Source of the DNA: Candidatus Omnitrophota bacterium
GTDB lineage: Bacteria > Omnitrophota > Gorgyraeia > Gorgyraeales > Gorgyraeaceae
NCBI GenBank assembly: GCA_042572045.1
Contig: JBHPFI010000002.1
Span: 92,245 to 156,244, forward strand
DNA: 64,000 nt
Reading direction: 5' to 3'
This document shows, piece by piece, positions 45,872-55,361 of this stretch. Each line of letters opens with the position of its first letter. Position 1 is the first letter of the stretch. The notes under the pieces are model-generated. The model was not told the DNA's origin. It saw only the letters and a program-made list of their open reading frames with translations, and did not search any database. The position numbers and the translations under genes are program-made.

Positions 45872-46330
45872 TCAAAAGACCTTTCTTTTCTTCTTAAAAA
45901 ACTCTTTTATCAACAAACTTGCTTCATGCCCCAAAACGCCTTTTTCTATTTTGACATTATGGTTTAATTTTTTATGGCTAATTATATTTACGATAGACCC
46001 GCATGCGCCGGTCTTTGGATCACTGGCAGCATAGATTAATTTTCCAATGCGCGCCAAAACCATTGCCCCTGCGCACATGCTGCAAGGTTCAATTGTAACA
46101 TACATTCTGCAGCCTATCAACCTCTCATTTTGCAGATAGTTACTAGCTTGCGTAATGGCTATCATTTCTGCATGGGCAGTAGGATCCTTCAAGGTCTTTA
46201 TCTGATTATAAGCCCTGCCTACAATCACGCCCTTATGTACAATTACTGCCCCTACAGGCACTTCATCATTATAAAATGCCTTTTTTGCCTCCCGCAAGGC
46301 TTCTTTCATGTAAAATTCATCCTTTTTCAT
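45872..46330 (-). CDS. tadA: tRNA adenosine(34) deaminase
   Basis: 152 aa. HAE and PCSMC zinc motifs. Confidence 0.9.
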   Translation of the reverse strand: MKKDEFYMKEALREAKKAFYNDEVPVGAVIVHKGVIVGRAYNQIKTLKDPTAHAEMIAITQASNYLQNERLIGCRMYVTIEPCSMCAGAMVLARIGKLIYAASDPKTGACGSIVNIISHKKLNHNVKIEKGVLGHEASLLIKEFFKKKRKVF

Positions 46331-48153
46331 AATGTTGCCTTTGTCATGCCACGTATTGAATTTACCATATATACCTCATCCGCTTCTCTAATATCTTTTT
46401 TATACAACACCTTCTCTTTTATAGAAAATCTCTTATTTTTAAAGAGTGTCTTCCGAAAAACACCGTTTAAAAGCCCGCATTCAATGGGCGGGGTATAATA
46501 AAACCTGCCTTTTTTTATTATTATATTAGAAATCGCTCCCTCTGCAATCTGATTCTTTTCATTGGTAAAAATAACATCAAAATATCCCCTTTTGTTCCAT
46601 TTCTTATGCTCCTCATCGTATAAATACCTATCCGTAGTCTTGTGATACAAGGATACATTTCCCGAGCAAGTCTTTTTATCCGAAAACCTGACCTTGACCA
46701 AACAGTCGTTTCCGCTTTTATCTATCCTCTTAAAAGTCAACTCCCTTTTTCCGCTACTATCAAGAAGAAGCCTTACTTTATAGTCAAAATTATTATTAAA
46801 CCTTTTTTCCAGATCCCTAAGCCCTTGGACTATATATCTTTTGTCGCGCTTAAAACCGAAATACTCCGCAGACAAGGAAAGTCTGTCAAGGTGTTCCTTT
46901 AAAAGAAAATAGCCTTTTCCCGAACGCCACAGGATAGCTTCAATAAGCTTAAAAGTCTTTTTCTTCTGGGTTATAAAATTTGCTTTTAGTTTACACTCTT
47001 CAAATTCCTTGCGCGGGTCCGCGTCGTACACGATACCGCTGCCAACCCCCATCTCGCCTTTCTTTGTCCTATTATTTACTAAAACAGTTCTTATGGCTAC
47101 ATTAAAAACAGAATTCCCGTCAGGCGCAAAAAAACCAATGCCCCCTGTATATACATAGCGAGGTTCTTTTTCAAGGGCATTTATTATCTTCATGGTACTT
47201 ATCTTAGGAGCTCCCGTAACAGAACCTGACGGGAAAATAGCCCTGAAGAGATCATAAGGCGCGACATCTCTCTTGAGCGCGCCTTCAACTATCGATATCA
47301 TCTGTAGCAGGGTTTCGTATTGCTCTACCTCGAATAGTTTTAGAGTCTTAACCGTGCCGGTTCTTGAAATCCTGCCAAGGTCATTCCTCAGCAGATCAAC
47401 TATCATTACATTTTCGCTTCTATTCTTAAGGCTCTTTTCTAATGCCTCTATGTTGCGCTCGTCTTCCTGCGCATCTCTCCCACGCTCAAGAGTGCCTTTC
47501 ATAGGCCTTACCTCTATGCGCTTTTTATCTTTTCTAAAAAATAATTCCGGCGAGAGGGACAATACAGAAATCTCGGGCGTCTTTATAAGAGCCGAGTAAG
47601 AAACGCTTTGTTTTGCCTTGAGGTCTTCGTAAAGAGCAAAAATGGAACCCAGAAAATCAAACTTATACTTAAATGTATAATTCACCTGGTAGGTATCCCC
47701 GAGCCTTATGAACTTTTTAATCTTTTTTACATTATCAATATAGCTTTTTTCAGATATATTAGACCGTAGATTTTTGACTGTATAATGAGATTTTTTGTGA
47801 GGCAATAAATCGATCTTTTCTCTATGTCTGAATACATCGGGCTTTTCGTAGATTCCAAACCAAAGCAATGGGAAAGGAGACTTTAACTTTAAGCCCTTTA
47901 AGCTATCTTCAAAAGAAAAACCTGCTTCATAAGAGATAAAGCCGGCCGCATAATATCCCTTTGAAATAAACCTTTCTAATTCCAAAAACGACTCCCTTAC
48001 TTCTTCGAGCCTATAACAGGAGATTATTCTGGCAGGATTAGAAAAGAGGACTGAGCGGCAATTATTCCTATCAAACTTATTTGTTTCAAGAAAAACAAAA
48101 TTATCCCTTGGGAATTTATTCTTTGCTTGTGATGTTGGCAATATCCTGTTCAA
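46327..48153 (-). CDS. pabB: aminodeoxychorismate synthase component I fused to class-IV aminotransferase-like ADC lyase
   Basis: 608 aa. Chorismate-binding core (SPELFF, PSGSVTGAPK, YTGGIGF) then an approximately 200-aa C-terminal PabC-like domain. Confidence 0.8.
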   Translation of the reverse strand: MNRILPTSQAKNKFPRDNFVFLETNKFDRNNCRSVLFSNPARIISCYRLEEVRESFLELERFISKGYYAAGFISYEAGFSFEDSLKGLKLKSPFPLLWFGIYEKPDVFRHREKIDLLPHKKSHYTVKNLRSNISEKSYIDNVKKIKKFIRLGDTYQVNYTFKYKFDFLGSIFALYEDLKAKQSVSYSALIKTPEISVLSLSPELFFRKDKKRIEVRPMKGTLERGRDAQEDERNIEALEKSLKNRSENVMIVDLLRNDLGRISRTGTVKTLKLFEVEQYETLLQMISIVEGALKRDVAPYDLFRAIFPSGSVTGAPKISTMKIINALEKEPRYVYTGGIGFFAPDGNSVFNVAIRTVLVNNRTKKGEMGVGSGIVYDADPRKEFEECKLKANFITQKKKTFKLIEAILWRSGKGYFLLKEHLDRLSLSAEYFGFKRDKRYIVQGLRDLEKRFNNNFDYKVRLLLDSSGKRELTFKRIDKSGNDCLVKVRFSDKKTCSGNVSLYHKTTDRYLYDEEHKKWNKRGYFDVIFTNEKNQIAEGAISNIIIKKGRFYYTPPIECGLLNGVFRKTLFKNKRFSIKEKVLYKKDIREADEVYMVNSIRGMTKATL

Positions 48154-48262
48154 GACCTCTCCGAGTTTATGGGCCTACCACGCCAGGTAGCTATTATTTA
48201 TTATTATTCTAACTTCGCAATGAGTCGAAATCAAGGAGTTTAAAAAATCAGAGAAAAACCTT

Positions 48263-48361
48263 AACTTGACAAATCAGTCAATGACAAAAGTTGTCCACCC
48301 TCGTTTATTATTCGGTGGATAATCCACCTCTGGAGGGTGACTCAATTTCATATGTCAAGTT
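48263..48361 (+). repeat. 37-bp nested TTGACA palindrome element, copy 3 (opposite strand, split by a 44-nt nested hairpin)
   Basis: 48263-48290 reads AACTTGACAAATCAGTCAATGACAAAAG, the reverse complement of the copy-2 core. The matching arm TGTCAAGTT is displaced to 48353-48361. It lies upstream of the plus-strand gene at 48428. Confidence 0.75.
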
Positions 48362-48427
48362 AATGCAGAATAGCTAGAAATAAATTGTTTTGACTATTTG
48401 TAGGTTTAAGGCTAAAATAGGCTTTAC

Positions 48428-49108
48428 ATGCGAAAAGCAAAGTTTACCTGCGCTCTAATATTAGCTGCATTGGCCGTACTGATTTATTATGCGCATGCCT
48501 CTGATCTACCCAAACATTTCTTATTCGATGAAGAAGATTCCCTCACGGAATGGCAGGAAAAAATATTTAAAAACAGGGTGCTATACACCGTAGAGCCTGC
48601 TCAAAAACTTAAGCACCTTTCAGCCAAAAGTCAAGAAGCCTGCTCTGGACTATTCTATAGAATTAACTTCGACGCTAAAAAGTTTCCAATGATAAGCTGG
48701 TACTGGAAAGTAAGAAAATTCCCTGAAAAAGATACGGTTAGCGAAGATAAGGGAGGATGGATAGAAAAAGACGACTATGCCGCAAGGGTATATGTGATCT
48801 TTCCAAGATTGCATTTTACAAAAACAAAAAGCATTGAATACATCTGGCACCAAACTCTGCCCAAAGAAACAATAATGACAAGTCCATATTTTCGAAATAT
48901 TAAGTTAATAGTGGTTGAGTCAGGCAGGGAAAACATGGATAGGTGGGTATTTGAAGAACGTAATATCTATGAAGACTATAAAAAGGCCTTTGATAAGGTC
49001 CCATCTTCTAAAGTCGGCGCCATAGCGCTGATGACCGATACAGACAACACATTATCCACTGCTGAGGCATTGTATAAAGATATAAAAGTGGGGTACAAAA
49101 ATGAATAA
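48428..49108 (+). CDS. DUF3047-like secreted protein
   Basis: 226 aa with a signal anchor. W.WKV..FP...D..DDYAARVYV pattern. Confidence 0.65.
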   Translation: MRKAKFTCALILAALAVLIYYAHASDLPKHFLFDEEDSLTEWQEKIFKNRVLYTVEPAQKLKHLSAKSQEACSGLFYRINFDAKKFPMISWYWKVRKFPEKDTVSEDKGGWIEKDDYAARVYVIFPRLHFTKTKSIEYIWHQTLPKETIMTSPYFRNIKLIVVESGRENMDRWVFEERNIYEDYKKAFDKVPSSKVGAIALMTDTDNTLSTAEALYKDIKVGYKNE

Positions 49109-49526
49109 ACAAAGTAGAAGAAAAAAAGTCTTCGCCAATAAAATGCACAGAGAGATATTTCTGCTTGTATTTTTGGCATCTTTGTTGCCGGCGCTTATTG
49201 TCACGGTCTGTCTTTACTATTTAATCTTTAACATTACAGCCCAACAATTCGGCATCCCAGAAGCCATTGCATATAATATAATCCCGGCCGCAAGAAAAGT
49301 GATTCTTATTTTATGGTTAGTAGCTCCGATTTCCATCCTAACCATATTGATCTTCGCCTATAAAATAAGCCATAGAATAATCGGACCTTTTGACAGGATA
49401 GTAAGGGAATTGGACGAATGCATAGATGGTAAAAAACAAGGCCATGTAGCAATAAGAAAAGCCGATAAGTTCAGGCCTTTAGTGGATAGGATCAATAAAT
49501 TATTAGATAGGCTTCGCTCCTCCTAA
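49101..49526 (+). CDS. 2-TM protein with HAMP-like cytoplasmic domain
   Basis: 141 aa. HRIIGPFDRIVRELDE...LVDRINKLLD. Confidence 0.55.
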   Translation: MNKQSRRKKVFANKMHREIFLLVFLASLLPALIVTVCLYYLIFNITAQQFGIPEAIAYNIIPAARKVILILWLVAPISILTILIFAYKISHRIIGPFDRIVRELDECIDGKKQGHVAIRKADKFRPLVDRINKLLDRLRSS

Positions 49527-49535
49527 CAAAAATTA

Positions 49536-49554
49536 TGGCGGAGGAGGAAGGATT
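49536..49554 (-). repeat. 19-nt duplicate of the tRNA-Ser(CGA) 3' end (distal att-like repeat)
   Basis: TGGCGGAGGAGGAAGGATT is 19/19 identical to 51116-51134, in the same orientation. Confidence 0.85.
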
Positions 49555-51115
49555 ATCCCTCCTTGAAACCGTAACCTCTTTATTTATAATCACTTTCTTG
49601 CCTGAAAGCCCTTTCCACCACCAAGAAAACCACCAAAATAAGTTTATCATTTAATTTAGAGATACCCTAAACTTTTTAAATCGTCCTTTTGCTCATCAGT
49701 CAAAAATCCAGTCTTTTGATCTTCAGAAGAAAAGGATTCCTTTCTGTATACCTCTAATAATATCTTTTTAAATTCCCTGAATTTATTTTGTTTCTCGCTT
49801 ATTAGATTGTGCTGCTCCTGAGGGTCTTCTATAAGGTTATACAATTCGTAGTCGGATTCTATGTTGTTACGAATCAATTTGCACTGCTCCCCTCTTATAG
49901 AAACTGTTTCGTGACCAGATGAAGTATAAACATAAGGATGGAAGCTAGCTTCTTTCTTTCTAAAAAGGTTTATCAAGGTCTTACCTTGTATATATGAAGG
50001 GGCTTTTATATCCAAAATATCTAAGACAGTAGGGGCTATATCTGTGAGGCTAACCTGCTGAGAAATGTTTTTTCCTTTGGGGAATAATCTTGGGAACCTT
50101 ATGATTAAAGGAACCTTTAGAATCTCCTCGTAAGATGTCCAGTGGCAAAAATAATAATCATGCTCCCCCAGCATTTCTCCGTGGTCAGACGTTAGAACAA
50201 TAAACGTATTTTCTAATAAATTCAATTTTCTCAAGTTATCCATCAAATAGCCTATCTGGGTATCTGTATAAGAAATTGCACCGTCGTATTGAGCGATATA
50301 ATAGCTCACGTTTGAAATGCCATTCTCAGCTACTATATAAGGGATCTTTCCCTCGCCTTCATACTTTTCATACTCATATGAACTATCCTTGGAAACAGGC
50401 ACCTCTTTCTTGTCTCTGAACCTATCCTGAAGATATTTATTTTTATATGAGCTGGGAAGTTTGTAAGGGACGTGGGGCCCCTTATAATGAAGATATACAA
50501 AAAACTGCTTGGCTCTATTTCTTTCAAGCCAATCTATCGCTTCAATGGTTAATTGATGGTCGTTTTGTTCTATAATTTCTACTGTATCAAAACCATCTTT
50601 AACATCTAGCATACTAAAGCATGAATGGTTGGTAAATAAAGCAGATTTGTAACCCTTAGATTTTAAAAACTGCGGCAATGTTGTTATGTCGGAATTCAAA
50701 CGGCTATCCCAATCGTTGATTCCGTGAATAAAAGAATAGGTTCCGGTTAATATGGAAGGAACGGATTCAGCAGTCCACCCCCCTGCGGTAATCGCCTGTG
50801 TAAAAACCGTGCTCTGTTCTGTTAATTCGTCAATATGTGGAGAGGTATTTCTTTTATACCCATAACAGCCAAGGTGGTCGGGCCTTAAGGCATCTATGAC
50901 AACTATAATAATGTGCGGTCTAACCGATGTAGATTTATAATAAACAAACGCTAAAATAAAACCTGTTAAAATAGCTACTGCAAGGATAATAAGAGGTTTT
51001 CTGGGGATATAATATTTTTTCATTCTCTACGACTCAAATAAAGTGAATTCGCGATTACGGCGTGGCTGACAGTAAAGACCGATCTGTCATTTTTATCTTT
51101 GCCTATTGTAAGGTA
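49555..51115 (-). mobile_element. about 1.6-kb single-gene insertion at tRNA-Ser(CGA)
   Basis: Bounded by the 19-bp direct repeat. It carries only the sulfatase-like gene. Confidence 0.6.
49656..51023 (-). CDS. sulfatase-like hydrolase/transferase (alkaline-phosphatase superfamily)
   Basis: 455 aa with an N-terminal TM. DALRPDHLGCYGY and SDHGEMLGEH. The nucleophile position is not a classic CxPxR. Confidence 0.75.
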   Translation of the reverse strand: MKKYYIPRKPLIILAVAILTGFILAFVYYKSTSVRPHIIIVVIDALRPDHLGCYGYKRNTSPHIDELTEQSTVFTQAITAGGWTAESVPSILTGTYSFIHGINDWDSRLNSDITTLPQFLKSKGYKSALFTNHSCFSMLDVKDGFDTVEIIEQNDHQLTIEAIDWLERNRAKQFFVYLHYKGPHVPYKLPSSYKNKYLQDRFRDKKEVPVSKDSSYEYEKYEGEGKIPYIVAENGISNVSYYIAQYDGAISYTDTQIGYLMDNLRKLNLLENTFIVLTSDHGEMLGEHDYYFCHWTSYEEILKVPLIIRFPRLFPKGKNISQQVSLTDIAPTVLDILDIKAPSYIQGKTLINLFRKKEASFHPYVYTSSGHETVSIRGEQCKLIRNNIESDYELYNLIEDPQEQHNLISEKQNKFREFKKILLEVYRKESFSSEDQKTGFLTDEQKDDLKSLGYL

Positions 51116-51205
51116 TGGCGGAGGAGGAAGGATTCGAACCCTCGAGGCCCTTGCGAGCCTAACGGTTTTCGAGACCGCCGCATTCGACCGCTCTGCCACT
51201 CCTCC
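51116..51205 (-). tRNA. tRNA-Ser(CGA): tRNA-Ser (anticodon CGA), CCA encoded
   Basis: GGAGGAGTGGCAGAGCGGTCGAATGC..GGTCTCGAAAACC..variable arm..GAGGGTTCGAATCCTTCCTCCTCCGCCA. Confidence 0.85.
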
Positions 51206-51244
51206 GGAAATCTAATGAGGATTTCTCAAGTTAGAAAAACAAGT

Positions 51245-51321
51245 TGGCGCGCCCACCCTGGTTCGAACAGGGAACCTACGGCTTCGTAGGCCGGCACTCT
51301 ATCCAATTGAGCTATGGGCGC
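51245..51321 (-). tRNA. tRNA-Arg(ACG): tRNA-Arg (anticodon ACG), CCA encoded
   Basis: GCGCCCATAGCTCAATTGGATAGAGTGCCGGCCTACGAAGCCGTAGGTTCCCTGTTCGAACCAGGGTGGGCGCGCCA. Confidence 0.9.
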
Positions 51322-51383
51322 GTGTGTATTACAGAAATTTCAATATAAACAAAAACTAACCCCGGTGTTACGCCAAGATCGAC

Positions 51384-51596
51384 TTATTTAGCCCTTAAAC
51401 TAATACCGTATTTCTTGCATAATTTATAGATATATGACTTCGAACAGTTGAACTCCTTTGCTATATCTCCTAATGGTATTTTGTTCTTATGATATATTTC
51501 TTTGAGTAATTTCTTATCTAATACCTTGGATATTTTATTTATACTTATATCTCTAATAAAAACATCGTGAAATTCCTTCTGGCTGTTCCTCTTCAT
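51384..51596 (-). CDS. small helix-turn-helix protein
   Basis: 70 aa. C-terminal HTH (LGDIAKEFNCSKSYIYKLCKKYGI). Confidence 0.5.
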   Translation of the reverse strand: MKRNSQKEFHDVFIRDISINKISKVLDKKLLKEIYHKNKIPLGDIAKEFNCSKSYIYKLCKKYGISLRAK

Positions 51597-51797
51597 ACAC
51601 CCCTCCTAAAAACAACCTAAAACTATTTAGCTCCGGATTATGGAAATTCTTTATTGCTGCCGCTTTTTCACGAAGACAAACCAGTAAACCTTCTGTTCGT
51701 TTTGTTATATATAATACTACTGTGGAAAAATATAGACAAGATTAAAATGTATTGCTTAAACTGATTTTTTTACTTTGGGACTAGTAAAGATACATAT

Positions 51798-52286
51798 TTA
51801 CAATCCGGCCATATCTAAGCCAAGCTCTTTCTTAATCTTTATTTTAGCATCAATAAAATCCTTATGCGATATGTGAAACAACCCTGATATCTTCCTTATT
51901 GCCTCAAGCTCACTACCATCCAATCCTTTATCAGCACAGGCAACACGAAAAAGGTCTTCTAGAATTGATTTTTTATTAGCATACGGCAAACCTTCGCTTA
52001 TCTCATTGGTGAAACTATATAGGTCTATTCTCTCTTTGGCAGCCTCCCGAACCGAAGCTAAAACAAGAGGCATATCTTTTTTTGAAACTGCACTATTAGA
52101 GGTGAGTATTTCTCTGATTTTTTCCTCTTCTTCTAATAGGAATTTACCATCGGTCTCGGCAACAACCCATAATAAAACCCCCAACGCAATCTTGTCGTCC
52201 ATATCTTTTATTTTAGGTTCATCAATTTTATCTTTCCAAACAGATAAAACTACGTTTTTTCTAAATTTATCTAAAAAGCCTGACAT
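51798..52286 (-). CDS. TerB-family (tellurite-resistance-like) protein
   Basis: 162 aa. The paired ADG.....E helices are typical of TerB/DjlA-N. Confidence 0.65.
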   Translation of the reverse strand: MSGFLDKFRKNVVLSVWKDKIDEPKIKDMDDKIALGVLLWVVAETDGKFLLEEEEKIREILTSNSAVSKKDMPLVLASVREAAKERIDLYSFTNEISEGLPYANKKSILEDLFRVACADKGLDGSELEAIRKISGLFHISHKDFIDAKIKIKKELGLDMAGL

Positions 52287-52390
52287 ATATCCCTCCCTGT
52301 TATCTACTTGCGGGTCAATATCCTAGTACAACATTTACCCCGAATTCTTTAGAATTATTATCCGGCTCAACTCCAGCCAAGGGAATGATT

Positions 52391-53167
52391 TTATGGTCTT
52401 AAACGCGAACGGAATTTATCCCAAGGGAATTTTTTACCAGGGCACTCTGTGCTAGCGCCCTTCACATTATTATGACCCAATATACGTGAATCGGGAATAT
52501 CATAATATTCCTTTAAATGACTAACTAAAAATACGAGGGATTCCATCTGTTTAGGCGTAACTTTTTCTTCACTAAAGTTCCCGACGAGGCATATGCCTAT
52601 GCCTTTATAATTCATGCCATTTGCTTTACAATGCGCGCCGCTCTCCTGATGCAGCCATCTTGGAGAAATCTCTATTTGGCCGTCATTCTTTCCAGATGTG
52701 CCATTGTCGATCACAAAATGATAGCCAAGACCTTTCCAGCGCCTTTTCTTTGAATGCACATAGTCAAAAGCAAGCGCATTTCCGACATCTGTTGCGCTAT
52801 GGTGGACGATGATATATTTCCATTTTTTAGAAGGCCACAAAGGTACCACTGCCCTCAAAGGCGCGGCTCTCGGTATGCGCAGCCTCTGTCCTTTTTCGAG
52901 GATCGCGGCATCTTGTAAATTGTTAACCATCACAATGTCTTCTATCGAAACATCGTACATCTGGCTTATTCTCCAGACTGTCTCTCCCGGTCCTACTTCA
53001 TGATATATATCAGTTCTTAATGCGCCAGGCATACTTACTGCCGCTCCCTCTATAAGAGGATATGGCTCTATGGTATGGAGTGGGCGTGCATCTCTTAAAG
53101 GCGCCCGCGCGCAAGAAGCAAGGAACATTACCAAAAAAATGTTTGATAAAAAAACTATTTTTTTCAT
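52391..53167 (-). CDS. LysM + N-acetylmuramoyl-L-alanine amidase (amidase_2/PGRP fold)
   Basis: 258 aa with a lipobox. LysM (GETVWRISQMYDVSIEDI) and IIVHHSAT...GYHF. Confidence 0.8.
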   Translation of the reverse strand: MKKIVFLSNIFLVMFLASCARAPLRDARPLHTIEPYPLIEGAAVSMPGALRTDIYHEVGPGETVWRISQMYDVSIEDIVMVNNLQDAAILEKGQRLRIPRAAPLRAVVPLWPSKKWKYIIVHHSATDVGNALAFDYVHSKKRRWKGLGYHFVIDNGTSGKNDGQIEISPRWLHQESGAHCKANGMNYKGIGICLVGNFSEEKVTPKQMESLVFLVSHLKEYYDIPDSRILGHNNVKGASTECPGKKFPWDKFRSRLRP

Positions 53168-53168
53168 A

Positions 53169-53942
53169 TCATTTCACCAATTCTTTTAAAGGCACTATCT
53201 TTATGCCTTTTGCTTCCAGTTCAGGTATAGAATCTTTTATAACCTGAAGAGTGATTTTCTCGTTATGACCTATCCCTATGGCGCTTCCTTTTTGCGTCGC
53301 TATATAGGATAATTCTTGAATCTGTTTTTTTATATAAGATTCAAAATTTTTAAAATCAGTTTGATCTGTGATGTCCAAAAAAACATCTCTCTCGGCACAT
53401 TTCAACCCTATGCTGCGGGCGACATCCAAACTCACCGAATTAGGTGTCGTCAGGCTATCCAGAAAAAATAATTTTCTCTGCTTTAATTCGGTCAGGATAA
53501 TATTCATCACGCTTTCGTCTTCAGTGGCCTTTGAACCTTGATGATTCGAAACGCCTATAAGCCCAACAACGTTCCTGATATCCTTTTCCAATATAGAAAG
53601 TATCTCATTTTTTTTCATGCCAGACCGAATAGTATTAGCCTCCACTGCTCTATTAACTTTGGACTCCATGGGTAAATGTAAAATTATATCATGTATTTTG
53701 CCATTTTTCCTGACCTCCGTGGCAATATCATGAGAATAGCGTAGATTCGGCAATATCGACACGGTAATAGGCCTGTCTATCTGAAAAACCAAATCGAGAT
53801 TCTTTCGATTATAACCCCAATCGTCAATCACAAACGCAACAAGCCCTTTGGATTTATCGCCTGGCTTACTGTGTTTCGTCAGAACTATCAAACCTATTAT
53901 TACAAATATAATTATCCCTATTATAACTACATGTCTCTTCAC
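53169..53942 (-). CDS. divergent polysaccharide deacetylase (YibQ-like)
   Basis: 257 aa with a GTG start (GAGAGGGG RBS). FVIDDWG...HLPME...NHQGS. Confidence 0.75.
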   Translation of the reverse strand: MKRHVVIIGIIIFVIIGLIVLTKHSKPGDKSKGLVAFVIDDWGYNRKNLDLVFQIDRPITVSILPNLRYSHDIATEVRKNGKIHDIILHLPMESKVNRAVEANTIRSGMKKNEILSILEKDIRNVVGLIGVSNHQGSKATEDESVMNIILTELKQRKLFFLDSLTTPNSVSLDVARSIGLKCAERDVFLDITDQTDFKNFESYIKKQIQELSYIATQKGSAIGIGHNEKITLQVIKDSIPELEAKGIKIVPLKELVK

Positions 53943-53958
53943 CTAAACACCCCTCTCT

Positions 53959-53995
53959 AACTTAACACTTTAGTCATTGACTGAATTGTCAAGTT
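53959..53995 (-). repeat. 37-bp nested TTGACA palindrome element, copy 4
   Basis: AACTTaACACTTTaGTCATTGACTGAaTTGTCAAGTT (34/37). It lies 17 nt upstream of the start at 53942 and 4 nt after the stop of the HD gene. Confidence 0.85.
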
Positions 53996-53998
53996 ATA

Positions 53999-54583
53999 TC
54001 AACGCTTAAATTCGCTCAAGCTCTCCCACCATTCATTAAGGTCTGCTGTTTTTGCTATTGACCATAGGTTTTTGGCGGTTTTTGTCCTAAGGAAACACGG
54101 TGCTTTTTTCATAAATTTGATTGCCTCTTTAAATCCATGCCCTTGGTACTCTCTCGCCTGAATCAGACATTCTAAAATATCAGCATCTCTTGCGATAATA
54201 GCTTCCTTCGTATCTTGCTTCCTGTACTCTTTATGCATGCCGGACAGCTCGCCTTTAATACCGACGGGCAAAGAATCTATCTGTTCTTTAAACGCCTTGT
54301 CTTCTGCCTTCAGAAGTTCGATATAACGTTGCGACATCTTATGTAAATCACTTATGCGGGCTTCATGTATGTCATTAAAGAGTGTCATCAGTAACACTTT
54401 ATAAGAAGAGGCCTTTTCCCTACAAGCTATGATATAGCCTATAACCGCGCATCTGAAACTATGCTCTGCTACTGTCTCTGTATCCTTTACGCCTAAAACC
54501 CACCATCCAGAACGCCTGACGCGCTTAAGCATTCCTGCTTCACATATAAAATTCACTAACTTCTTATCCTCTTTTTTGTTCAT
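53999..54583 (-). CDS. HD-domain phosphohydrolase (YfbR-like)
   Basis: 194 aa. AEHS...HD-type (NDIHEARISD) motifs. Confidence 0.75.
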   Translation of the reverse strand: MNKKEDKKLVNFICEAGMLKRVRRSGWWVLGVKDTETVAEHSFRCAVIGYIIACREKASSYKVLLMTLFNDIHEARISDLHKMSQRYIELLKAEDKAFKEQIDSLPVGIKGELSGMHKEYRKQDTKEAIIARDADILECLIQAREYQGHGFKEAIKFMKKAPCFLRTKTAKNLWSIAKTADLNEWWESLSEFKR

Positions 54584-54584
54584 C

Positions 54585-55346
54585 CTAGACCTTTCTACCC
54601 GCGCACCTCTGCTTGGCTATCTCATGACAAAAAATAGCACAGGCCATTGCAACATTAAAAGAAAGCGCTGCCCCTTTCATAGGAAGGCTCGATTTTAAGT
54701 CAAGATGCTTATCTATGCCATGCCTTATTCCTTTGCCCTCGGAACCCAACACAAGACATATAGGAAAAGGGAGGCTTCTATTATTTATATCCTCTCCATT
54801 TTCCACCACAGCGCCCACGATCCAATATCCTGCATCTTTTGCCTTTATGAGGGCCGTGGTCATATTGGTAACCATCGACACAGGAATAAAATTTTCTCCG
54901 CCGGAAGCAACATGCATAACAGCATCCGTGACCTCGCAGGACCTATGCCTTGGTATAATAACAGCAAAACCTCCAAAGCAAGCCGAGATCCTTATTATAG
55001 AGCCTAAATTATGTGGGTCGTTTAGATTGTCCAAACATATAAAAGACAATCTTTCATCAGACTGAGCATCAGGGCGCCTATTCAACAACTCTTCAAAATC
55101 TGCATATTGAAATTTATCCACCTCAGCGACGATCCCCTGAAGTCGGTCAGCGCGTTTAATCTTCGCGAGTTCCTTTTCGCTTACGCGTTCTGTATGGATG
55201 CCGATAGAATCTATAAGATTCAGTATGTGAGGAGCGTCAAAATTTTTCTGAAGGGATATCTTCTTTATGGTTTTGGGGGCGATTTTCAATCGCTCCAAAA
55301 TGGAGTTTTTACCGTATAGATACATCGAATCCTTGGCCAATCGCAC
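54585..55346 (-). CDS. rlmB: 23S rRNA (guanosine-2'-O)-methyltransferase, SpoU/TrmH family
   Basis: 253 aa. N-terminal substrate-binding domain plus the SPOUT knot (LVLGSEGKGI). Confidence 0.85.
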   Translation of the reverse strand: MRLAKDSMYLYGKNSILERLKIAPKTIKKISLQKNFDAPHILNLIDSIGIHTERVSEKELAKIKRADRLQGIVAEVDKFQYADFEELLNRRPDAQSDERLSFICLDNLNDPHNLGSIIRISACFGGFAVIIPRHRSCEVTDAVMHVASGGENFIPVSMVTNMTTALIKAKDAGYWIVGAVVENGEDINNRSLPFPICLVLGSEGKGIRHGIDKHLDLKSSLPMKGAALSFNVAMACAIFCHEIAKQRCAGRKV

Positions 55347-55361
55347 CTCTTTTTTATCTGC

